A stretch of 64,000 bases of DNA from Chiloscyllium plagiosum. Taxonomy: Eukaryota. The notes beneath the pieces were generated by a model. It made no database searches. It was not told where the DNA came from and saw only the letters and a program-made list of their open reading frames with translations. How positions within the stretch are numbered: position 1 is the first letter of the stretch; each line of letters begins with the position of its first letter. The stretch is taken from NCBI RefSeq assembly GCF_004010195.1, contig NC_057718.1:3260092-3324091 (forward strand), in the 5' to 3' direction. Positions 26,329 through 38,204 of this stretch are shown here, piece after piece. A program made the position numbers and the translations under genes.

Positions 26329-26372
26329 CATTTACATTTTCATACACAGCATTCTGATCTTCAACAGGGCTC
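26329..26372 (-). CDS. Receptor cytoplasmic exon C1: (G)SPVEDQNAVYENVN
   Basis: Acceptor tttatttag, donor G|gtaagc, phase 2 to 1, 44 bp; matches the phase-2 end of the TM exon; YENV motif. Confidence 0.8.
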
Positions 26373-26984
26373 CTAAATAAATTCCATATATGAGATTTAT
26401 TGCATATTTACCACAGAGCAACATTACAATCTTCACACTCTCGAGGCTAATGCATTTTACACTTTTAATTGTGAATATTTGAGACTAGCTTCGAGGTGAA
26501 AGGATGATCTAGCAACTTTGAACATTTGTTAAAAAAAGCAGAATTTGTGTGAACAACAAGTGAAAGAATTTGAACAAAATCTCAGGGCATTCTGGGAAAG
26601 TTGACCAAGTTGTTGTTGTTTCCGACTGTGGAAGGGAGAGATTTCTTCAAGAAACTTTCATCTGATGCAGTCTGTGAAAACACTGAGAGAGCAAGCTGCA
26701 CCAGCTCACTGGGATGCTGCCCAGCATAAGCACATGCAAATCCCAATAAAAACTTCAGAATGAAGTTATATCAATGGAAGGACCCAGATTGCAATCAAAG
26801 TCTTAAAAACGCTTTCAATGGGTAATGAATGAGATTGAAAAAAAATATTGAGGGGGTGAAGAACAAGGCATCATGATGCAAAATGCAACAGAAATTCTCG
26901 AGTCCAGGCACTCAGGAAATCGTATCACCGTGACTGTGGGGAGGCTTTGGGAGTCAATCCAGATTTATGGCAGGTGTAGGATCA

Positions 26985-27340
26985 ATTTGGTGGTTTCGTG
27001 GTTTTATTGTTGGACTGTTCATCCCGAAAACCCGATTACATTCTGGGGACCAGGATTCTAATCATGCTATGGCAGATGGTGGAATTTGAATGCAACAAAA
27101 TCTGGTATTAAGTGAACAATGAAAACCATAGATCCATTGTTGATTGTTAGAAAAACCCATCTGGTTCACTAATATCTTTCAGGGAAGGAATTCTGCCATC
27201 CTTACCTGGTCTGGCCTACATGAGACTCCAGACCCACAGCAATGTGTTGACTCTTAACTGCCCACTAGCAATTAGAGAGGGGCAATAACTGCTGGCCTAG
27301 ACAATGTTGTCCTCATCCCATGAATGAATCAAAAAAACAT
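26985..27340 (+). mobile_element. Old tRNA-derived SINE (DeuSINE/SacSINE-like); related copies near 15210-15490 (-), 31170-31340 (+) and 52090-52400 (-)
   Basis: Shared core aaaacccatctggttcactaat...gaaggaaatctgccatccttacctggtctggcctaca...gactccagacccacagcaatgtg; family name is from memory. Confidence 0.5.
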
Positions 27341-27619
27341 GTCAACATTCAAGATTTGATTGGAGAGGGGTGTGAGATAAAGGGGATTGAATGGATAGGG
27401 GAGCAGGAATTGGGCTGTGTGGAAGCAAATGTGATGTGGAAGTCAAAGGCCAGCACAGGCTGTTTGGCGGAGTCGTCTGGCACTACCTTGGTCTTCACAG
27501 CAGGAGACGCTGTTCTGCCAGTGACCCCCCCACTCCAAGATCCTGACTCTGGGCATAGTGGGTAATGATCCTGTACCTACTAGAGATCTTGCGTGTGATC
27601 TCCAATGAATTCGAGCATC

Positions 27620-27885
27620 TCAGAATCCCTACAGTGTGGAAACAGGCCATTAGGTCCAACAAGTCCATGCCAACTCTCTAAAGAGTAACCCACCCAGACC
27701 AATTCCCCAACCATATTACTCGACATTTACCCCTCACTAATGTACCTAATGTACTGAACGCTATGGCAAGTTGGTATCAGGAGAATATGCAAACTCCATA
27801 CAGGCAATCGCCCAAGGTGGGAATCAAACATGTGTCTTTGGCACTGTGAGGTAGCAGCTCTAACCACTGAACCACAGTGCCTCCC
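27620..27885 (-). mobile_element. HE1/V-SINE
   Basis: Same head and tail as the 43800-44122 copy. Confidence 0.75.
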
Positions 27886-28154
27886 ACGCTTGAGCCATTA
27901 AAAGCTTTCTGACTGTCACCAGCAGGTACCTGTGGCCTGGCACTGGAAAATATGTGATACCAGAGGTGGAGCAAACTGGCAGTGATTGGGCATCTGGACA
28001 CATGGGATGGTCACAACAGTCACTGACCCACCATTTACAATGGATCTGTGTGCTTCAGTGGGAATATCAGCACTCACTAAAAACAATCACCCCCAATGTC
28101 GAAAACAATAATTGTGCAGTGACAGAATCAAACCCAAGATGAAATGGAATTTAC

Positions 28155-28305
28155 CCTTGTGTGGAGTCCCTTACTGATGAGCACGGCTTTTGTTTCCAAA
28201 GGAAATATGTGAGCAGGACAATGCAGATCAAGACAGCGAAGCCCAGAATGGTGCCAATGATTAAAATGGGATCTGAGGTCCAGGGAATACCATTGGACGA
28301 TTCTG
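28155..28305 (-). CDS. Receptor stalk/transmembrane exon: (A)ESSNGIPWTSDPILIIGTILGFAVLICIVLLTYFLWKQKPCSSVRDSTQG
   Basis: Acceptor tattttacag, donor GG|gtaaat, phase 1 to 2, 151 bp; about 23 hydrophobic residues followed by the KQK stop-transfer motif. Confidence 0.9.
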
Positions 28306-28845
28306 CTGTAAAATATCAGAATGTTACAGACACAGTCACTTCAGTTTGAGCAATGTTCAAGATTGTCAATAACATTAATTTTGAGCTCCTCAGGACAGTA
28401 ACTCCCCAAAGCCTGTCCATAATCTACAAACACAAGTCAGGAGTGTGATGGAATATTCCCCATTTGCCTGGATGGGTTTGGCTCCAACAACACTCCAGAA
28501 GCTTAACATCATTGACAAAGCAGCCCAATTGATTGGCACCACATCCACAACCATCCACTCCCTCCACCACTGCCTCCCTACTATACACTATCAACAAGAT
28601 ACATTGCAGAAATTCTTCAAAGATCCTCAGATAGCACCTTTCAAATCCACAACCTCCTCCATCTAAAAGGACAAGGGCAGCAGATTCATGGAAATACCAC
28701 CCCCTGCAAGTTCCCCTCCAAGCCACTCCTCATCCTGCCTTGGGAATACTTGGCCTTGATGAACATTCTGCCCTTCCACTGATGAAGCACAGCAGCCGGG
28801 TGCTCTCTTCCCTGGTCACACCAGTGTTCCCTCCCATTGACTTAC

Positions 28846-29191
28846 CAGTTACTTTGACTGGCTCCCTGCTCCATAGATGTAGCTCCACACACTGCAGCTG
28901 TACACAGCAGTATCATTGAGAGTCACATTCACAAGGTTCAGAATGTAATTGTTCCTGCTGACATTCCTGGAAAGCTCAACATAATTGGGAAAACCCTGGG
29001 CCTTGGTGAGGGTGCCATTCACAAAGTGGCTTATCATCCACTCCCTGTTGCTGCCAAGTCATTGGCAGTGCCAGTGGACATCAGTGTCAATCACACTGGC
29101 ATTGTACATGGCACACTGGAACTCGACAGTTTCACCCTCTTCTACCGAGCGACCATTGAATCCTGAATGAGGACTGGATCAGTCAATGGGT
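28846..29191 (-). pseudogene. Disabled membrane-proximal V exon (V4)
   Basis: DPLTDPVLIQDSMV / 1-bp deletion / SVEEGETVEFQCAMYNASVIDTDVHWHCQ*LGSNREWMISHF...DTAVYSCSVWSYIYGAGSQ / 1-bp deletion / KVT; TGA at 29059-29061; splice sites aacag and G|gtaagt retained; 346 bp. Confidence 0.9.
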
Positions 29192-32039
29192 CTGTTCATA
29201 TTGAAGAGCAAAAAGTAATATAACTGGAATTGTAACATTTTATAAAATCTTCTCCTGGTTAAATGATGATTTGCAGAGGATGAACTGAAGCTTCCTGTGG
29301 GAAATTGCTGTTTGTAATTTGAGCGGGAATGATTTGAAACATGTCCATCACTGAATGCTTTCCAATTTGCTGCTGTGATTCATTTTGTGAGTAAACTATC
29401 GAGAGGAGAATTTCACAATGCTCACAGCTGACTGATTGGAAGAGATTGAGCAGCCACTTAAAAAGTTTCATTCTCACTGAAAATCAAAAGGAAAAAGCTG
29501 AAAGTTTCAAACAGCCTGCAGTCGATGGTCCCTGAGTGCACCGTCTCTGATCCACTGTTCCTCCATCTGATTCTGTACCCTAACAGTGTGCATGGCTGTC
29601 GGGAGAGAGCAGGACATTGGCAATCTGGAATGATGCTCATTTGAAGAGTCAGTGCAGACAGGATGGGCTAAATGGTCTCATGTTACATTAGTATGTTTCT
29701 GTGATTCTCTGATTCTGTCTCTAAGCCAGATAGACTCTGACTGCACTTGCCTGGAATTGAGTCAGTAATGGGCAAAGTGAGGCCCTTCTGAACCTCAGAC
29801 TTTTCCTTCCATTCCTGACCCGGGTTATTATCCCAGGTCAGGGTCGGGTCCCAAACACAAACCTGTGACATTGCGCTCACTGTTAGAAAGGCCTGGGACC
29901 CATTACATCCTCACCTGCAGTTACAGCCTCCTGTCCCTGATTCATGACTCATCTCCAATTCCTGAATCCAAGGTGTGGGAGCACTCTCTGGAGAAAGGTT
30001 TCCAGGGAGCTTTCCCCTTCCCTGATGTGACACAATGTCTGCAGCTCAGACTCCAGCTCCTCAACTCAGATCCAAACTTCCTCGAGCTGCAAACCCTTCC
30101 TCCAGATGTGTTCACTCTGGATCCCATTGGGCTCAGAGGGGCCTTCATTGAAATCTGTAATATCCTTAGGGGACTTGACTGAGTGAACTCAGAAAGGATG
30201 GTTCCTTTTCAGGGAGAATCTAGAACTAGGGGGCAGAGTTTTAAAACTAAAGGAATGCACATTGAAAACAGAGACAAGGAAATGTTTTTATTCTCAGAGA
30301 GTTGTGAGTCTTTGGAATTCCCTTCATCAAAAGGCAGTGGATGCAAAATCTTTAAGTTGTTTTTAAGGCAGAGGGAGGGAGATTCTTGATGAGCCAGGGA
30401 GTGAAAGGTGAACAGGGATATGTAGGAATGTGGGGCTGAGATCAATATTAGATCATCCATTATTTAATTGAGTGCTGGAGCAGGCATGATGGGCTGAATG
30501 GCCTCCTCCTATTCCTATTTCCTTCTGTCTGTGTCCCTTGGACTAAGGAAATGAATGAGGTTCAGAAGAAGGTTAGTAACCAGGGTGGGGGCGAGGAAGG
30601 GTTTAGCTCAGGACAAGGACATCAGAGACGGAGGTGGAAGTGTCATTGAGCAGAATAGGGGCTGAAGAGGGTTGTGGGAAATGTCAGCCCAAAAACTTGA
30701 GAGCTGAGAGTTGGACATTTCCCGGATAAATTACTCACATCTTAATGAGTTACACTGGACCCCAGTTTAACCTTCAGTTTAAATGACATTGAGAAACAGA
30801 TCCAGTTTTAATAGGGAACTGACTCATGGGAGTGAATGTCAATGGAATACAAGCTCGTACAAGACAAATCACTTTGTATTCTATTAACCTCCCAAATTAA
30901 AGATAAATACAGGCTGATGGAGTAATGTTGAGGTCCAGTGTGCAGCCTTGGCACCGAACCCTTCACTATGTGAACAGAGAGTTAGATAATTACAGAGTCA
31001 CCCCTTATACCACCCAGACCTCTCATGGGCAACAGCTTCTCCAAACAAACCACCAACTGTTTGCTTCTTTATTGAATTTGCTCACAAACAAGTTATAACA
31101 CAACAATACACAACAATTCCAGGCCAACAGAGAGCTGGAAACATATCACCTTAATTCCTGATGTTCCCATCGATTGTTATAAAAACCCATCTGGTTCACT
31201 AATGTCCTTCAGGGAAGGAAATCTGCCATCCTTATCTGGTCTAGCCTACATTTGACTCCAGACCCACAGCAATGTGGTCTGTTCTAACTACCCTCTGAAA
31301 TGACCAGGCAAGTGACTCAGTTTGAGGGCAATCCAGAAATGAGGATCAACTTCTGTGTCTTACAATCTTATACACAACAACAACCAGATGAAGGAGCAGC
31401 GCTCTAAAAGCCAGTGCTTCCAAGTGAACCTGTTGGACTATAACCTGATGTTGTGTGATTTTTAACTATGTATCAACAAATCAGAAATCAGAAGGATGAT
31501 GGTCCAACTTGCCTGGATGTGTGCAGCTCCAACAACACTCAAGAAGCTTCATGCCATCCACAACAAAGCAGCCCACCTGATTGGCATCACAACTAACACC
31601 TTTAACATTCATTCCCTTTTACACTGATGTACAGTGGGTACCATCGGCAAGGTTCCATTCTGTAACTCACAAAGCTCCTCCAACAGCAGCTTCTGAAATC
31701 AGAGTCTCTCCCATCTGAAAGGACAAAGGCAGCAGGTACATGGGACAGCATCTCATTCAGCTTCCCCTCCAGGGCACTCACTATATTGACTTGGAACTGC
31801 TGTGTATAACTTGTATATTGTATTCCACTTCCCAGTGCCATAAAGACTTTTCTCCTGTATGTTATCTTCAATTGCGAGTATCACATTTTCCAGTTGTTGC
31901 ATTGAAACAATTTGAGTATATTTGTATCTGTTCAGGGGGTGCATTTCACTGGTTGAATTATCTTCAACCCTAAGTGTTTCATCACTCACCTATGGTTAAT
32001 GGGGGTAATCGACAAAGGCTCAATCCAATATTGTAGGAC

Positions 32040-33120
32040 CAAAGCAAGGCGTTCGACAAGGTTCCCCATGGGAGACTGATTAGCAAGGTTAGATCTCATG
32101 GATTACAGGGAGAACTAGCCATTTGGATACAGAACTCGCTCAAAGGTAGAAGACAGAGGGTGGTGGTGGAGGGTTGTTTTTCAGACTGGATGCCAGTGAC
32201 CAGTGAAGTGCCACAAGCATCGGTGCTGTGTCCTCTACTTTTTGTCATTTACATAAATGATTTGGATGCGAGCATAAGAGGTACAGTTAGTAAGTTTGCA
32301 GATGACACCAAAATTGGAGGTGTAGGGTTAACTCAGATTACAACAGGATCTTGACCTGATGGGCCAATGGTCTGAGAAGTGGCTGCATTTTGGGAAAACA
32401 AACCTTAGCAGGACTTATACACTTAATGGTAAAGTCCTAGGGAGTGTTGCTGAACAAAGAGACCTTGGAGTGCAGGTTCTTAGCTCCTTGAAAGTGGAGT
32501 TGCAGGTAGATGGGATAGTGAAGAAGGCATTTGGTATGCTTTCCTTTATTGGTCACAGTATTGAGTACAGTTGGGAGGTCATGTTGCAGCTGTACAGGAC
32601 ATTGGTTAGGCCACTGTTGGAATATTGTGTGCATTTCTGGTCTCCTTTCTATTGGAAGGATGTTGAAAGGGTTGGAAGATTTGAGCTATAGGGAGAGGCT
32701 GATCAGGCTGGGGCTGTTTTCCTGGAGCGTCGGATGCTGATAGATGACCTTATAGAGGTTTATAAAATTATGGAAGGGCATGGATAGGGTAAATAGGCAA
32801 AGTCTTTTCCCTTTGGTCAGTGAGTCTAGAACTAGAGGGCATAAGTTTAGGGTGAGAAGGGAAAGATATAAAAGGGATCTAAGGGGCAACCTTTTCACAC
32901 AGAGAGTGGTATGTGTATGGAATTAACTGCCAGAGGAAGTGGTGGAGGCTGGTACAATTGCAACATTTAAAAGGCATCTGGATGGGTATATGAATAGGAA
33001 GGGTTTGGAGGGATATGGGCAAGGTGCTGCAGGTGGGACTAGATTGGGTTGGGATATCTGGTCAGCATGGACGGATTGGACCGAAGGGTCTGTTTCCATG
33101 CTGTACATCTCTATGACTCT
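32040..33120 (+). mobile_element. CR1 LINE 3' portion (RT + 3' UTR)
   Basis: LFVIYINDLD...SKFADDTKIGG and LYRTLVRPLLEYCVHFWSP. Confidence 0.9.
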
Positions 33121-33439
33121 AAGGGCACGTAGCTCGACACATACCTGTGTTGGATGGGGTTGGGGGTGGGGGCCGGTCTGGATGGGGTTGGGAGTGGTGT
33201 GGGGGCAGGGCTCAATGGAGTTGGGGTGAGGGCAGGCCGAGGGGGCATGGAGAATGGGGTTTGGGAGCCGGTACGCTGGACGGTGTTGGGGATGTGGGTG
33301 GGGCGGGGCAGGATGGGATTATGGGCAGGGGACAGTGTTGGACAGGATTGGGGGCGGTTTTGGGGAGGGGTCTCATGCACTGTGTGCTGCTGCAGTATCC
33401 TGAATGGGGAGCAGACTTTAAAAACTCTTAGCCCCAGTG

Positions 33440-33928
33440 GAAAGGCATTTAATTGATTAACCGAATAATCGACGATCCGAACGAAATAGTGCCCACCCAT
33501 CTCATTCGGATAATCGAGGTTCCCCTGTATACTCGAGTAATAGTTGAATTGTTTTGACTATTTTTATGGTTAAATTTATGGGGTTGATAATTACAGGGAG
33601 GGGTTGAAATTCATGCTGGTCAAAATTCAAACCGTATCATTGGCAGAAGCAAAATTAAAGTCAAAACAAATTTTAAAAAACACAAGAATTACAGTAATTC
33701 TGAAAATCTGGATTGGAGTGTAACAGCTGGTGGAAGACCCAGAATGGAGTGGAAAGCCGGAGTGGTGCGCAACGAGTAGGCACACTGACTCATAAATGTT
33801 GATCTGTTAACTGTGAATAAATAGGGTTGACCTTGACATGAGATACATGGAAAATTTCGGATTTTTGGATCGAAAATAGGGTGTTGACTTTTACATGAGT
33901 TCAACTTATACTCAAGTATATATGGTGT
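33440..33928. mobile_element. Tc1/mariner-type MITE remnants (Tigger-like end at ~33529; Tc2-like element with tatactcgagta / tactcaagtata termini)
   Basis: Inverted terminal motifs at 33527-33540 and 33908-33925; family assignment is from memory. Confidence 0.4.
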
Positions 33929-34588
33929 ATCACCATCATCGTTCCTTCAGGGCACTGGGTCCAGTGTCCCAACACCAAGTTGACCACAACAGCTTAGGAA
34001 GGCAGAGCGCCATGACCTTCTCAAAACATACAAAATAGGACCTGGAGTAGGCCATTTAGCCCATTGTGCCTGCACCACCTTTCAATATAATCATGGGTGA
34101 TAATCCAACTCAGTCCCTTTTTCTCACATTCTCCCCTTACCCTTTGAATTCTTGAGCCTTCAGAACTATATATAACTCTTCCTTGAAGACATTCAATGGC
34201 CTCAGCTGCTACCTGTGGCAGAGATGACATTTTTTCTAAAGGGCCATTCACGATGGACAACAAGTACCAGCCAGGCCAGTGATGGCCACATCCCAAGAAT
34301 GAATGAAACAAAACCAGACAGAGTCAGGAGAATGTTTAATCCAACACTGAGGACAAATAAGATGGTGAAGCAGAAAGACAGAGAGGAGAGAAAAGTTTGA
34401 GATTGAGGAACTGGTCCAAAAGGAGAAACAGTTTATTCTATCTGTGAGTAAAAACCGAGAATTGTTCTATGTTCATATCGAGCTCTCTGCTTTCTCTTTA
34501 CCAGAGGAATTTAACACATTTCCCTCTCCAATAAATCCATGTGGAAATGGTTACTGTATCAGATTATTCTCAGATAAATAAGACTTAC

Positions 34589-34933
34589 CTGTTACATTCA
34601 GCTGGGTTCCATTCCCACTGATGTTTCCCCACACTTTACAGAAATAGACCCCAGTGTCACTGGGCTGCACGTTTGTGATGGTCAGAATGAAGCTGTTATT
34701 GGAGGATTCTCTGGAAGACTGGAATCGCTCAGTAAAGCCTGGACTCCATTGTGTAATGTTCCTCATGTCATATGTTAAAACCCACTCCTTCTTATTCCCT
34801 GGATGCTGCCGGTCCCAGTGAACATTGGTGTGTGTCACTGTGGCGTTCCTCATGGTGCACTGTAACCGGACAGTGTGACCCTTGGTGACACATTCCAGGA
34901 TGGAAGACTGGTAAAGGACTGGGACACTTGCAT
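34589..34933 (-). CDS. Receptor V exon V3 (Ig V-set, germline J-like strand ISGNGTQLNVT)
   Basis: Acceptor tctctttaactcttaag, donor G|gtaagt, phase 1 to 1, 345 bp open: ASVPVLYQSSILECVTKGHTVRLQC...VHWDRQ...DTGVYFCKVWGNISGNGTQLNVT. Confidence 0.93.
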
Positions 34934-36029
34934 CTTAAGAGTTAAAGAGAAAGGACAGATGGTAAGAGTATCAGAGTGAACCAGTGGGGTTAATTATTCA
35001 AACTAACCATGAATGTATCGACCATAAGGCCATAGGATATAGGAGCAGAATTAGGCCATTCAGCCCATCAGGTCTGCTCTGCCATTCGATCATGGCTAAT
35101 ATGTTTCAATCCTGTTCTCCTGCTCTCTCTCCATTACTATTGAGCCATTTGCTCTTAAGAACCTGTCTATCCCTGTCTTAAATGTAATCAATGACTTGGC
35201 CTCTACTACAGCTCTCTGCAGCAATGAGTTCCACAGATTTACCATCTTTTGTCTGAAGAAATTCCTCTTCATCTCAGCTGTAACTGATTGTCCCTTCACT
35301 GTAAGGCTGTGGCCCAGATCCTATCTCTCTGAAAATCATCTTCTCCCTGTCCACTCTATCCAGGCCTCTGAGTATTCTGTGATGAGACAAACTGTACTCA
35401 CTGCTCACAATGGGGGTCCTCTTCATTTAGGGAATGAAGCACAGACTGGGTGACCACTTTTCAGAAGACCTCCATTCTGTTGGCAAAAAAAGCCCTAATC
35501 TCCCAGTTGCTTGTGAGTCCAACACACCATTGTGTTCCCTGGCCAACATCTCTGTCTCAGTCTCACTGCAGTACTCTCATGAAGGTCAGAGCAAGCTGGA
35601 ACAATAGCACCTCATTTTCCACTTGGTTACCCTGCACCCTTCTGGAATTAATATTAAGTTCAACAATTTTAGAGTGTGAGCACCTTTCCCCATGCTTTTC
35701 CCCTCCCCAATACACCAGGTCTTATGATTACATGGCAGCTATCACACACTACCCATTGTCAGCCACTAACTGTCCCAATCAGCAGCTGCTCATTCTCCTA
35801 GACTAGCCATAACCCCCTCCTTTGACTGTCCAACAGTTTTTCTCTCACACTGGACTCTATCTCCATTTATCATTTACCCTCACACTCCTCACCACACCAT
35901 TTTCTGTATAAAAACCATCATTTTTCCTCATTGCCATTAGTTCTGTACAAGGGTCACTGGACCCAGCTTATTAATTCTGATTTCTCTCCACAGATGCTGA
36001 GATTTTCCAACGATTTCTGTTTTTTATCC

Positions 36030-36445
36030 TCAGAAATGGAATCAGAAAGTCTCGGAGTGTTATTGTTTGAAAGACAATGTATTAATGAGGAAATAAAGAC
36101 TATCCCAAATGCCAGGTGATGAGGAATGGACAGTGGTCCATCAGGTGGTCACTCCATCTGAGACCAGGATGAAATTTTATAAACTAGCTCATGATATTCC
36201 AATGGCAGCTCATTTAAGGATGAGGAACACACAGTCTAAAATCTTAAAACATTTTTATTAGTCAGGATTATAGAAAGATGTTACACTTTACCACACAGGC
36301 TAGTCCATGTCAGGACTAGGGGGAATCTCCAACCCTCAATTAAAGCTTCATCTTTAATCCCGATTGTAGCTTTTGAAGAACCGTTTAGCAGGGTCTTAAT
36401 AGATTGTGTCGGAGCCTGACCTAAACCCAGGAATGGCAACCAATG
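36030..36445 (+). mobile_element. Gypsy (Gmr1-like) integrase fragment
   Basis: Degenerate ...KILKHFY...LIPIVAFEEPFSRVLIDCVG... Confidence 0.6.
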
Positions 36446-36701
36446 GGTCACTGCAGTGGTTCAAGAAGATAGCTCAGCACCACCTTCTCAATGGCAATTA
36501 AGGAGAGGTAATAAATGCTGGCCCAGCCAGTAACACCCACATCTCACAAAACAATTAAATAAATTGCTGAAAATGAGCTCAGCTTCCTCCCCACAATGAA
36601 TCCAACACCTCCTCAATCTTCTTGATCACAAACTGATCTCCAATTCATTTACTGAGTCAGAGGTTATTGCAGGAGGAGATTGTCATGTAAACTCTACTTA
36701 C

Positions 36702-37046
36702 TGGTGATATTGAGCTGGCTTCCTGTCCCATAGATCCTTCCCCAGACTGAGCAGTAATAGACCCCAGTGTCACTAGGCTGCACACTTTTTATGGTCAGAA
36801 TGAAACTGTTACTAGAGGAGTCTCTGGAAGATTGGAATCGCTCTGTGAATCCTGGGTACTGTTGTGTGGAGCCACTTCTTGGATGTGTTAAAACCGGCTC
36901 CATAATTTGCTTTTGGGACAGTCTGTACCAGTGAACATTGGTGTGTGTCACTGCAGCATTCCTCATGGTGCACTGTAACTGGGCAGTGTGATCCTTGATG
37001 ATACTTTCCAGGCTCGGTGACTGGAGAAGGACTGGACCAGTGTTAC
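36702..37046 (-). CDS. Receptor V exon V2 (Ig V-set, germline J-like strand IYGTGSQLNIT)
   Basis: Acceptor ttttttcttcaaag, donor A|gtaagt, phase 1 to 1, 345 bp open: NTGPVLLQSPSLESIIKDHTAQLQC...VHWYRL...DTGVYYCSVWGRIYGTGSQLNIT. Confidence 0.95.
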
Positions 37047-38204
37047 CTTTGAAGAAAAAAGTAACAGTACGTTTATTCCCACAAGAACAGACTCTCTGTA
37101 CTGCTGTATTCAAAGGATCTGACGGGGTGCTGGAGTTTTCAATTAGATAAAGAGAACACTTTGTTGCACTGAATGTTTGAGATGCATCTGTGATTGATTC
37201 AGATAAAATAATCAATCAATATAAAGAGAAATAATTAAATAAACAGTGTGTTAAATGAATTTTTCTGAAGTCTCGTTAGAATCTGATCAACATTTTGGAC
37301 ATGCCAATTTTGCTGCAGCAGGATCAAAACTCAAGTTCATTTCCATCAGAATGATAAGGGCAGCAGATAGATGAGAACACAAAACCAGCAAGTTCTCCTC
37401 CAAACCATTCATCATCTTGTTTTGGGAATATATCATGATTTCTTTGTAGTGACTGTAATGAGGTCAGCCAGGTGGACCTCATAGAACACGAGTTCCCTGA
37501 TTGGGATTGTTAACTTAGCATATCTGAAAACCCAGCAGCTCATCCCAACTTCATGATGCTGTTCCAAATATTTGCAACAATCCTCATAAACTCCTCTTGG
37601 CACAAAAGGTAAAATCAAACACAAGGTCATACTGGAGAGAAGTCAGAGAGAGGATCAGCATGGAGCTGCTTCATTGGGTCCAGCAGTTTACAACTGCCTG
37701 ACTGCTTTCAGTGAATAGACAAACTGCCAAAACCAAACCAAACCAGAGAGAAGCTGCATATCACACCTCCCCCCTGAAAATGGAGAAGAATCAATATCCA
37801 AAGAGGACTTCATTTAAAAACCATTAGTCCTAAATTTAGTACTCTATAAAACACATATACATTACATTAACTATAATCACGTGATCTACTACATTCTGTT
37901 TGTCTGTTTACTCCTGCCATTGAACGTGTCCGTTTTTCATTCGGGTCTCAACAATGCATCGACAGTCATGTTTTCACTATCTGCCACATGTACAATTTTC
38001 AAACCGAATGGCTGTAACAACAAGCTCCATCTGAACAATCTGGAATTTTTGTCCTTAAATTTCTCCACAAACCTCATTGGGTTATGTTCAGTGTATATGA
38101 TCGTTTCTGATATGCTCCTGGTAACATGAGCAATGAAATGTTGTAAAGCCAACACCAAGCTCAAAGTCTCCTTCTCAACTGTCAAATATTTCTGCTGATC
38201 CTGT

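Noticed and set aside
27930-27942. 13-bp micro-exon (ttttccag / gtacct) after the TM exon
   Set aside because: Weak donor, and phase 2 to 0 is incompatible with the next supported exon C1
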